From Verrucomicrobiota bacterium (lineage in GTDB: Bacteria > Verrucomicrobiota > Verrucomicrobiia > Limisphaerales > UBA11358), in contig JBEKMW010000006.1 of NCBI GenBank assembly GCA_049523455.1, positions 5,731 through 69,730 of the forward strand: a stretch of DNA of 64,000 nucleotides. Direction: 5' to 3'. Positions within the stretch are counted from its first letter, which is position 1; every line of letters starts with the position of its first letter. Shown here in pieces: positions 8,470 through 16,619 of this stretch. The translations under genes and the position numbers were made by a program. The notes under the pieces were generated by a model. It was given only the letters and a program-made list of their open reading frames with translations, was not told the DNA's origin and searched no databases.

Positions 8470-8703
8470 AGTCAAAAACAATGTGTGACGTTGGAAAAAC
8501 TGCAGAGCAGCCGGTGGTCGCCGTTGAAATAGCTGCGGAGCAGCGCACGATAGCAGCCCATAGCGCCAGCTATGGGGAAGGAAGAAAACGACATGAAAAA
8601 ATTCCACCTCTTTCGCCCCTGCCGGGGCTTGGACGGTTTTGATCATCGTGTTCCCACGGCTGGCGCCGTGGGCTACTATCGCGCGCCACTCCGTGGCTAA
8701 AAC
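8470..8703. repeat. GC-rich REP-like element filling the oxidoreductase-lpxB spacer
   Basis: Contains hairpins CCCACGGCTGGCGCCGTGGG and CCCATAGCGCCAGCTATGGG. The tail GCCACTCCGTGGCT recurs at ~50165-50178. Its pseudo-ORF ends in ...AVGYYRAPLRG. Confidence 0.55.
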
Positions 8704-9924
8704 GTGGTCGTGAACCCTAAAACCTTCATGCTCATCGCCGGCGAGGCCAGCGGAGACTTGCTCGCGGCCGAGCTGGTTTCCGCCTTGCGTGCGCAAGCTT
8801 CCCGCGGCGATCCTACCTCCGCGCCGCGCTTCTTCGGCGCCGGCGGCCCGAAAATGGCCGCGGCCGGCGTCGAACTGGCCCTCGATCTGACGCAACACTC
8901 CGTCGTCGGCATTTCGGACGTGCTCAAAAATTACCTTAAGTTCCGGGGGTTGTTCAACCAACTGCTCGCCCTGGCCATTGAACGCAAACCGGACGTCCTC
9001 ATCGGCGTGGACTTCGGCGGCTTCAACCTGCGCTTCGGCCACGCGGTCAGAAATTACGTCCGCGGCAATCCGTTCTCCAATTGGAATCCGAAAATCGTCC
9101 AATTCGTGTCCCCCCAGGTTTGGGCGTCGCGCCCGGGCCGGGCGGACCGGCTGGCGGCGGATTACGATTTGGTTTTAAGCATTTTCCCCTTCGAGAAAGA
9201 CTGGTACGCGCAGCGCACGCCAAATCTCCGCGTGGAATTTGTCGGTCACCCGATGCTGGACCGTTTTGCGAACGACGAAGCACAATTATCGCCCCGCCCG
9301 CCGGAAGCCGCGTCAATCGTAGATCGCAAATCGCAAATCCTCCTGCTGCCCGGCAGCCGGACGAGCGAATTGAAAAAGCACCTGCCCGTGATGTTCGGGG
9401 CCTTGGAGCTGGTGCGGGCAAAATTGCCCGGCGCGACGGCCAAAATGATTTTGCCCGATGAGGCGTTGAAGAAACTCGCGGTTGATCTGTCCGCGCCGCC
9501 GGTCGGCGTGGAAATCCAAATCGGCGGCTTGCCGGAAGCATTGGCGCAGGCCGGCCTGGCCATCGCCTCGACGGGCACGGTGACCATGGAGTGCGCCCTT
9601 TTCGGCGTGCCGGCGGTGACCCTCTACAAAACCTCGTGGTTCAACTTCGAAATCGCCAAACGCCTGGTGACCGTCAAATGGGCGACCATGCCGAACATTC
9701 TCGCCAACGAAGAGGTGTACCCGGAATTCATCCAAAACGCCGCCACGGCGGAAAATCTGGCGCGAGCGGCGCTGGACCTCCTGCAAAACCAACCGCGCCG
9801 GGAGAAAATCCAGACCCAACTTGCCACCATTGTTTCGTCGCTTGGCGGTGGCGGCGCGTGCCGGCGCGCGGCCTCGGCGATAGCGAATCTTTTTGCCGCT
9901 CCGCCCGCGGCTACAACAACTTGA
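8704..9924 (+). CDS. lpxB: lipid-A-disaccharide synthase
   Basis: FMLIAGEASGDLLAAELVSAL..., VDFGGFNLRF, SPQVWASRPGRA, LLPGSRTSE, ASTGTVTMECALFGVP. GTG start at 8704. Confidence 0.9.
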   Translation: MVVNPKTFMLIAGEASGDLLAAELVSALRAQASRGDPTSAPRFFGAGGPKMAAAGVELALDLTQHSVVGISDVLKNYLKFRGLFNQLLALAIERKPDVLIGVDFGGFNLRFGHAVRNYVRGNPFSNWNPKIVQFVSPQVWASRPGRADRLAADYDLVLSIFPFEKDWYAQRTPNLRVEFVGHPMLDRFANDEAQLSPRPPEAASIVDRKSQILLLPGSRTSELKKHLPVMFGALELVRAKLPGATAKMILPDEALKKLAVDLSAPPVGVEIQIGGLPEALAQAGLAIASTGTVTMECALFGVPAVTLYKTSWFNFEIAKRLVTVKWATMPNILANEEVYPEFIQNAATAENLARAALDLLQNQPRREKIQTQLATIVSSLGGGGACRRAASAIANLFAAPPAATTT

Positions 9925-10063
9925 CAAAAATCCAGTTGATCAGGAAAAACAGCCGGTCACCGTGTGTAAACAACATCAGGGGCGCGGACATAAACGAGGC
10001 TGGATGGTGCCATGCGGCGCAACGCCGGGCAATGAGTTTGGCAATGTCCCAAATCCTCGCCTG

Positions 10064-10280
10064 AAAAATTATTTAAACCGCGAAATACGGCAAAAACGCG
10101 AACAACGCTAAAGGGAAGCACGAATACCGGGATTCTCCACCCGGATTTTCAGGAAGAATGTTCGTGTATTTCGCGTGGTTCGCGGTTCTCTCCGTTTCCT
10201 ATATCGGCGCGGTTTTTGACCCTCCCTGTTTTCCTCGTCTCCATGGTCGGCGGTCTCAGTAAGACGGGGATTTGGGTCAC
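10064..10280. repeat. rearranged/inverted copy of the modular MITE-like repeat family
   Basis: AAAATTATTTAAACCGCGAAATACGG is the terminal word. TTTTCAGGAAGAATGTTCGTGTATTTCGCGTGGTTCGCGGTT is the reverse complement of the left end seen at 16281-16322 and 20291-20331. GGTTTTTGACCCTCCCTGTTTTCCTCGTCTCC...GGGGATTTGGG matches the reverse complement of the central module. Confidence 0.65.
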
Positions 10281-10400
10281 GGCAAGTTCATTTTGCTGCC
10301 CCCATTTTTCTGCCTTCGTCTGTTGTCATTTCGTCAGGGATATTCAGGCAGAAACATTTCAGCATTTCAGCGTTTTAGCGTTTTAGCGTTTCGGCGCCCC

Positions 10401-12005
10401 TTATTGGGGGAACGCCGGCCGGGGTTGGGGTGCCGGCAGCGCGTCCTGTGGCTGGAAGCGTTGCGGCCGGAAGACCGGTTGGCGGAAGGGGACGGCTTCC
10501 CGAGCCGGCTGGCAGACGCCGCCATTGAAGCTGACGCTGAGGCCAATCAGGCTGGCAAATTTCATCAAGTCAGTATAGATGGCGCCGCCAATGATAAAGA
10601 GCACGAAGGACATGGCGAAATACGCGAAAAGGAAGCAATTGACGGTTCGCAGCGCGGGGTCGCCATGGCGCAGATTCAAATACATCACCCGCGAACCGGC
10701 AACCATAAACCACAGGAAAGCAATGGCGCCCCAGATGCCAAAGGGAATGAGCACCGAGAGCGGTCCATTGTGGTAATCGTAGGAAAGCGCAAGGGAATTT
10801 TGGGCGGGATCAAATCTGCCCTCGGCGGTGGCCATGGCCGCATCCATTCCCATCATGGAATTGAAGTCCTCGGGGTGGATGGCCAGGCCCTTGCCCAGCA
10901 GCAGGTATTGCGGAACCTGTTTCGACAGGGAGGTCCACATTTGTATTCGCCAGTCAACGCTGGCTTGCGCGGAATCCCGGGCATCTGTGCTCAAATTCAA
11001 ACCGGGAATGAAGGCGATGGTCCTTTGGGCGGTAAAAGGAAGTTTGGATGCCAACGGAAAGAGAGCCGTAAAGCCGAACACCCCCAGGAAAGCGAAGATG
11101 GGCAGCAACTTGGTGCGGTGCAGTCCTTCCAAAAAGAACTGGAGCACGAAGACGATGGCAACGCTCGCAATTCCGGCGCGATAGCCGCCCAGAAAAATCG
11201 CGGCCACAGCCAGAAGAAACAGAGGCAGCCGCCACAGTTTGCCTTCGAGGAAAACCCCGCGGATGCCATATACGGCCAGGAGCAAAAGTGCCAGCGCGCT
11301 GCCGCTGCCGGCAAACCCCGCCAGCCGTGTTTCGCCAAATTGGACGTTGCCGCCACTATAAAAAACATTCGCGTCCGGCGGGAAAACCCAGAAGATGAAC
11401 CGCGTCCAGGACGGCATGTAGGGATAGAGATCGCCAATAAAAGTGAGCAGTCCGCTGAAAAAATAGAGGCCCAGGTATAATCTGGCGTATTTCAGCGGGA
11501 CGCGCCGGGATATCAGGGCAAAATAGACCACGATGCCGGCGAACATCATCACGTACTTTTTCCCGCCGTACACCTCCGACCCAAGGGCGCGCAGTCCAAT
11601 ACCACCCGTGAGCTCGGCCGTCAGCAACACCAGGGCCCCAATGCACACCAACGGCCAGGTGACCTGCGGCACGCGGAGGAAATGCCTTTCGCTGTTCAGG
11701 GCCCGCTCGGTGACGGCTATGGCCAGGCTTAGCACGGCGATCGCCAGCCACAACGGCGGGTCGCCTTTCAGGAAAAAGAGATAAAAACCCATCTGCAGGC
11801 TCAAGACCAGCAAGGCATGATGCCAGCGTATCAGGATGGGAGACACCAGTATGAGTATCAACAGCCCGACCATGATCATGGCCGACGTGTCGTAGCCCAG
11901 CAGTTGCAAGGGGTCGGTGAGCAAATAACCCACCACGATGGACAGGGTTATGCACACCGCGTAAACGATGAGCGACTTCAGGAAGGCCGGGGCGTTACTG
12001 GTCAT
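10401..12005 (-). CDS. O-antigen ligase/polymerase-like (Wzy_C-type) polytopic membrane protein
   Basis: 534 aa with more than 10 hydrophobic helices. The large-loop region ...LGGYRAGIASVAIVFVLQFF... is typical of the Wzy_C domain. Pro/Gln-rich C-terminal tail. Confidence 0.7.
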   Translation of the reverse strand: MTSNAPAFLKSLIVYAVCITLSIVVGYLLTDPLQLLGYDTSAMIMVGLLILILVSPILIRWHHALLVLSLQMGFYLFFLKGDPPLWLAIAVLSLAIAVTERALNSERHFLRVPQVTWPLVCIGALVLLTAELTGGIGLRALGSEVYGGKKYVMMFAGIVVYFALISRRVPLKYARLYLGLYFFSGLLTFIGDLYPYMPSWTRFIFWVFPPDANVFYSGGNVQFGETRLAGFAGSGSALALLLLAVYGIRGVFLEGKLWRLPLFLLAVAAIFLGGYRAGIASVAIVFVLQFFLEGLHRTKLLPIFAFLGVFGFTALFPLASKLPFTAQRTIAFIPGLNLSTDARDSAQASVDWRIQMWTSLSKQVPQYLLLGKGLAIHPEDFNSMMGMDAAMATAEGRFDPAQNSLALSYDYHNGPLSVLIPFGIWGAIAFLWFMVAGSRVMYLNLRHGDPALRTVNCFLFAYFAMSFVLFIIGGAIYTDLMKFASLIGLSVSFNGGVCQPAREAVPFRQPVFRPQRFQPQDALPAPQPRPAFPQ

Positions 12006-12155
12006 TCTCTTATCTTCTCAATCATCATGGCCGGTTTTAACACTATATCAGTCGGTCTTTCTTGTTCCGACTGGCGGCAACCGGCCACTTCGCCAATGCC
12101 AGTCTCGTTGCTACCACAAGGATGGGGGAAATGCAAGAATGAAGTTGCCTGGAAG

Positions 12156-13064
12156 CTATTTTTTGAAATTGAAATTGTCACGGTTGCCTTCAAAATTCAC
12201 ATACGGATTGAACAGCGCCCGTTTGTTGTCGCGGATGGTGATCTGGCAACGCGACGGATGGTCCAGGACATGGAGAAAAAACATTTGCTTGACCCAGCGC
12301 GCCTTTCTGAAAATCCGGCTGTTCTCAAGAAACGCGTGGTGTTCGATTTTTCGCAACGGATTTTCCGCGTTGAATTCATTTACCGCCAACAGTTCACCGC
12401 AGTAGTTGTTGTGTGGATCCAGGGCGATGTCGTCCAAAAAGACCAGCGTGATGGGCAGATATTTTCGCGGACTGGCGTCCCGAAGGATTTTCAGCGCATC
12501 GCGCATTGAAAAATAATAATCCAGGTCGAACACCACATAGCCGATCGGTTCGTCCGGCGGCAGCCGGGAGATGAATCCGGCAACGGTGCCGGCCACTTCG
12601 CCGATGATCAATTGAACATTTGCGGGCAGGACCTTTTTCAAGGCGTCGCGGTTCATCACATAATCGCCCTGTTGGTAGAGGTCCGGGTGATCGCGATAAT
12701 CCCTGGCCGGCGGCATTCCCTGGCCCGAATCAAAGCCGTACAACTTGAAGCCCACACCGGTAACGCGAGTCACCCGGCTGGCAATTCGAGCCATGTTCAG
12801 CAATCCAGTGCCGCTGGCGACGCCGAATTCGATCAACGACACGGTGCCTATGCCTTCCTGCCGGGCAAAATCCGCGGCTTTGAGGATGCCATAAGCATTG
12901 TTCTGGCGCACGACCAGATCATAAGCGACTTTGGCCCGGTATGAGCCGAACATCCACACGAACAATGAAAAAAAGTTCAAATGGAGTGGTTCGGTCAGCC
13001 TTTCGTTGAAAATTCGAGACCAGATTCTCCGCTGGGCAAGCCTTCTGAATAGAAAAGGTTTCAT
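12156..13064 (-). CDS. class I methyltransferase-fold protein (TylF/macrocin-O-MT-like architecture), function uncertain
   Basis: IEFGVASGTGLLNMARIA (G-x-G SAM loop), GFDSGQGMP, VVFDLDYY. Visibly more AT-rich than its neighbours. Confidence 0.5.
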   Translation of the reverse strand: MKPFLFRRLAQRRIWSRIFNERLTEPLHLNFFSLFVWMFGSYRAKVAYDLVVRQNNAYGILKAADFARQEGIGTVSLIEFGVASGTGLLNMARIASRVTRVTGVGFKLYGFDSGQGMPPARDYRDHPDLYQQGDYVMNRDALKKVLPANVQLIIGEVAGTVAGFISRLPPDEPIGYVVFDLDYYFSMRDALKILRDASPRKYLPITLVFLDDIALDPHNNYCGELLAVNEFNAENPLRKIEHHAFLENSRIFRKARWVKQMFFLHVLDHPSRCQITIRDNKRALFNPYVNFEGNRDNFNFKK

Positions 13065-13157
13065 TCGACATTAAGAATGCCGGATTTTCTCCCCGCTCCG
13101 TGCATTTGCAAGTCAATTTTCCCATCCCCGGAAGGGCTAACAGCCCGTCGAAAAAGC

Positions 13158-13332
13158 AGGAGACGAGGAAAACAGGGATGGTCAAAATCAGAAATACCGG
13201 ATTTAACCGCAAAGAACACAGAGAACACAAAGAATTGTTTGGGTCCCTCTCTGCGATCTTTGCGTTCTTTGCGGTTAAAATCTTCAGCTTTGGTTTCGCA
13301 TATTTCGCATATTTCGCGGTTTAAATAATTTT
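13158..13332. repeat. MITE-like repeat family, right-half copy
   Basis: GGAGACGAGGAAAACAGGGATGGTCAAAATCAGAAATACCGGATTTAACCGCAAAGAAC...TTTCGCATATTTCGCATATTTCGCGGTTTAAATAATTTT. Near-identical to 16383-16552. It abuts the stop codon of the GT4 gene. Confidence 0.75.
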
Positions 13333-14468
13333 CAGGCGAGCACTTCGCGATAAATGTCCAATTGCTGGCGCATATAAACCTTGGGATGATAGCGCTCGTT
13401 TGCCACGGTCGCCGCAGCGGGGCTGGCCGGGTGGCCGGCCTGTATCCAGCGGCTGATGGCCCCGGTCAACCCGGTCCAATCTTCCGTTTCAAACAGCTCG
13501 GCTCCAGGCATGTTCGCGGCGATTTCGGCGACGCCGCCGCTGCGCGCGCCAAAGAACTTCAAACCGCGGGCAAATCCCTCGGCCACGACGCTGCCAAACG
13601 CCTCCTCGGTGGGAAAATGAATCATGCCGGAAACCCGGTCAAAGGCCTGGACCATTCCCGCGTGAGTCGGGAAGCCGAGATACCGGGCCCATCCCGCAGT
13701 TTCCATGGGTTTGATCCGTTGCAGGAATTCGCGGGCGTACGCTTGCCCGGGCGCCAGCCCCACGAACCGGAATTCGCATTTCAAACCGCGGCGGTGGAGC
13801 GTCTCGGCGACGTTCAGCAATTCCAATTGCCGTTTTCGGGGGCTGATGACGCCGGCAATGATGAGGGCGCAATCCCGGGGCCCCACACCGGTGGGCGGCT
13901 GGAAAAAAAGGCCGCGCAGGCCCGGGTAAACCAACCAGCTCCGTTTGGCGCGGGAACGGACCAGCCTCTGGGTGTAGAGGGAATTGCAGATGACCCCATC
14001 GGTGCGCGGCAGGATGAAGTTTTCCAGCCGGGCGGCGAGCCAGGCAAAGCTGCCGATGCGCGCCCGGTCCAGCCGGGCCAATTCCGCCATGTTGCCCGCG
14101 ATGGCCACGACGTTCGGAAACCCGGAAAACACCGCCGTGATGGCGCCTTCGCGTTCCGTGCCGACGCCGTGCACGATGTCCGGCTGGATTTCGCGCATTT
14201 TTGTCCGCACCGCGCGGATGCAACCCCGGTACAACGTCCGCATCCATCCCAGCTTCGGTACGTGCAGGCAGTGAAACCACACGTTCTCCGCCAATTTGGC
14301 CGGGGACTGCATGGGTTTTTGTGTGCACGAGAGCACGTGCAGTTCCAGTTCCGGCATGGAAGACACCGCCTCAATCATCGAATCCACCCCCGTCCCGAAC
14401 CGGGGCTGCGTTTCGTGGTAGGTGCGTTCATTCTGGCGGCTGTCAATTGAGATCAATGCAATTTTCAT
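13332..14468 (-). CDS. glycosyltransferase family 4 (GT-B)
   Basis: ORF 13332..14534. The likely start is ATG 14468 (MKIALISIDS...). C-terminal EAFGSVVAEGFARGLKFFGARSGGVAEI is the E-x7-E motif. Confidence 0.85.
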   Translation of the reverse strand: MKIALISIDSRQNERTYHETQPRFGTGVDSMIEAVSSMPELELHVLSCTQKPMQSPAKLAENVWFHCLHVPKLGWMRTLYRGCIRAVRTKMREIQPDIVHGVGTEREGAITAVFSGFPNVVAIAGNMAELARLDRARIGSFAWLAARLENFILPRTDGVICNSLYTQRLVRSRAKRSWLVYPGLRGLFFQPPTGVGPRDCALIIAGVISPRKRQLELLNVAETLHRRGLKCEFRFVGLAPGQAYAREFLQRIKPMETAGWARYLGFPTHAGMVQAFDRVSGMIHFPTEEAFGSVVAEGFARGLKFFGARSGGVAEIAANMPGAELFETEDWTGLTGAISRWIQAGHPASPAAATVANERYHPKVYMRQQLDIYREVLA

Positions 14469-14617
14469 CCGGATGCCGGTCAACATAAAACCTCCTGAAA
14501 GGCTTGAAAATGGAAAACGGTTTGGCCGGGCCATCTTTTTGGGCGAGGCATTGGCAGTGTCCTAAATTCAGGAGCGCGGCTCTATGAGCCGCAGCACATC
14601 CCCATGGAATCCAAGCC

Positions 14618-14642
14618 GCTGCGGATCGCAGACCCGCGCTCC
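14618..14642. repeat. REP-like hairpin word GCTGCGGAT...CCGCGCTCC
   Basis: GCTGCGGATCGCAGACCCGCGCTCC. Its ends are related to the hairpins at 57785-57810 and 57975-58000. Confidence 0.45.
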
Positions 14643-14756
14643 GAAAACAAATCGGGACACTGCCGGAGCGCTGGAAAGCTGGACAATTGGGAAACGGTCA
14701 ATACCATTTCCCGGGCTCCAGTTTCGTGGCGATCGGAGCCCTAAATCCGCCGCGAT

Positions 14757-15032
14757 ATGCCGAACAATCTAAAAAAACTCGCCCGCAAGGCCGGAGTGCT
14801 ATTGCGCGGGGGTTGGCGTCCGGTGGCCGATCGCCGGCGGTTGCAAAAATCAGAGGATGGCCCAATGGACCCGGAGGCAATCAAGAAAGCGGGCTACCAT
14901 GGCCAATACGGCCAGGACCAATGGGTAGTGGAGAACATCTACTTCGGAGATCTGCTGCCGGAATTTCTTTACCAGCAGGGGTACCGCCTGGCAAAAATCC
15001 TGCGCAGTGACAAGATTTACGTGCGCGCGTGA
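14757..15032 (+). CDS. small ORF; possible collapsed FkbM-type methyltransferase remnant
   Basis: 91 aa. GQYGQDQWVVENIYF resembles FkbM N-termini, and LYQQGYRLAKILRSDKIYVRA resembles FkbM C-termini, with nothing in between. Its stop overlaps the GTG of the next gene (GTGA). Confidence 0.3.
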   Translation: MPNNLKKLARKAGVLLRGGWRPVADRRRLQKSEDGPMDPEAIKKAGYHGQYGQDQWVVENIYFGDLLPEFLYQQGYRLAKILRSDKIYVRA

Positions 15033-16240
15033 ACGACGTTTTGTCCAAGCCCGTGCCGCCGCTGCATTCCGGGATTCTTCTGGTCAGCCCGGCCGCCCAC
15101 TATCCAGCGCACAATTGGTCCAACACCGTGGCGCTGATGCGCGCTTTGGGGCGGAAGGGGCAAAACGTCCGAACGGTGATTTTCAGCACCGGCACCGAGA
15201 CGATTCCGCCGGAGCTAACGGACCGGGTTGACCCGGTCTTTTCCCGCCTGCCGCCGGGGTGGAAGAAGGTGGCGGCGGGCAAATGGCAGGAGCGGCGCTT
15301 TGGCGCGTTGATGAACCTCTGCGAAACGGTGGCCTGCCTGTTCAAGGCGGCATCAATAGCGAAACGCACGAGGCGCGATGCCGAAACCAGGGCCGTGCTG
15401 CACTTCATCGGCGGCTCTTATTGGGTGGTGGTGCTGGCCGTGTTCCCTTTCCGGCGCATCCGCTTCGTCTATTCCCTGTACGGCGGCATGTTGTCGGGCC
15501 CGGCCGCGGGATGGAAGGCCCGGCTCCGGCGGCAGCTTGGAAAATTGCTGCGGCGCGCGGTGGACACCGGCCGCCTGGATTTCACGTGCGAGAATGAATT
15601 CCTGCGCGACCAACTCGCGCCCCTGGTGGGAACACACATTCATGTGATTCCTTATGCGGTGGACGAGGACGAACCGTTGCCTTCGCGGGAGGAAGCGCGC
15701 CGCCGGCTGGATTTGCCGCCGGACGAAAAAATCGTCCTGTTCTTTGGAACTCACCGTCGGGAAAAAGACTATCGCACGGCATTGAACGGCTGCGGGAAGC
15801 TGCCGGGTCCGCCCCTGGCGCTGTTTGTGGGCAAGGTGATTTCGTCCAACGACCCGCGGGAGGTGATTGCGGAGTGCCGCTACCCCAAAGCGCGTGTGGT
15901 GGATGAATTCGTGCCGGAGGAAATGACAAAATATTACTTTGCCGCCGCCGACGTGGTCGCTTTGCCCTACGAGGCAAATTTCTCGCGCGGTTCGGGGGTG
16001 TTGATTGAGTGCTGCCGGCATCTGCGTCCGATGATCGCCTCGGCCACGCCGTATTTTTCGGCTTTTCTGGCCCGATACCCCTGCGGGGTTACGTATGTTC
16101 CGGGTGACAGCGCGTCGTTTGCCGATGCCATGCGGCGGATGCTGGCGGATCGCCTGGATTTTCGCGCGGAACTGGAACGGGCGCGGCACGACCATTCGTG
16201 GAAGGCGGCAGCGGAGCGATATCTTGAATTATATTCTTGA
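15029..16240 (+). CDS. glycosyltransferase (GT-B, GT4/GT1-like)
   Basis: 403 aa. VLFFGTHRREKDY, ADVVALPYEANFSRGSGVLIECCRHLRPMIAS. Confidence 0.75.
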   Translation: MNDVLSKPVPPLHSGILLVSPAAHYPAHNWSNTVALMRALGRKGQNVRTVIFSTGTETIPPELTDRVDPVFSRLPPGWKKVAAGKWQERRFGALMNLCETVACLFKAASIAKRTRRDAETRAVLHFIGGSYWVVVLAVFPFRRIRFVYSLYGGMLSGPAAGWKARLRRQLGKLLRRAVDTGRLDFTCENEFLRDQLAPLVGTHIHVIPYAVDEDEPLPSREEARRRLDLPPDEKIVLFFGTHRREKDYRTALNGCGKLPGPPLALFVGKVISSNDPREVIAECRYPKARVVDEFVPEEMTKYYFAAADVVALPYEANFSRGSGVLIECCRHLRPMIASATPYFSAFLARYPCGVTYVPGDSASFADAMRRMLADRLDFRAELERARHDHSWKAAAERYLELYS

Positions 16241-16274
16241 GTTATATTTCTGTGCCATGCCACCGTCTGAAAAC

Positions 16275-16552
16275 AAATTAACCGCGAACCACACGAACTA
16301 CACGAACATTCTTCCTGAAAACCCAGTCGAAATTCGATGCGGCCCCAAATCCCCGCCTTACAGCGACCGGCGACGACTGAGACAAGAAATACAGGGATGG
16401 TCAAAATCAGAAATACCGGATTTAACCTCAAAGAACGCAGAGAACACAAAGAATTGTTTGGGTGCCTCTCTGCGATCTTTGTGTTCTTTGCGGTCAAATT
16501 CTTCAGCTTTTCTTTCGCGTATTCTGCGTATTTCGCGGTTTAAATAATTTTT
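16275..16552. repeat. full-length modular MITE-like element (~280 bp) with terminal inverted repeats
   Basis: Left end is AAATTAACCGCGAACCACACGAACTACACGAAC. Right end is TTCGCGTATTCTGCGTATTTCGCGGTTTAAATAATTT, its imperfect reverse complement. It has an internal long hairpin AACCTCAAAGAACGCAGAGAACACAAAGAA...TCTTTGTGTTCTTTGCGGT. No credible ORF. Confidence 0.7.
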
Positions 16553-16619
16553 TACGCGAGGATTTGGGCTGACCTAAAGGACTTGACTGGGCACAGCAAA
16601 AATTTATAACTCCACAAGC

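Noticed and set aside
8593-8700. Small ORF MKKFHLFRPCRGLDGFDHRVPTAGAVGYYRAPLRG inside the oxidoreductase-lpxB spacer (and the larger antisense ORF 8410..9102)
   Set aside because: The sequence is composed of GC-rich palindromes of a REP-like element. Such pseudo-ORFs arise from repeat translation, and there is no start context or family match.
9925-10063. Possible small membrane ORF on the minus strand after lpxB (…LFFLINWIFVKLL)
   Set aside because: It has only ~26 codons from an ATG and no recognisable family. It cannot be supported from sequence alone.
10272-11480. 402-aa plus-strand ORF
   Set aside because: It is antisense to the polytopic O-antigen-ligase-like gene, whose hydrophobic periodicity is convincing. 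The plus-frame product is Gly/Arg/Gln-rich without motifs.
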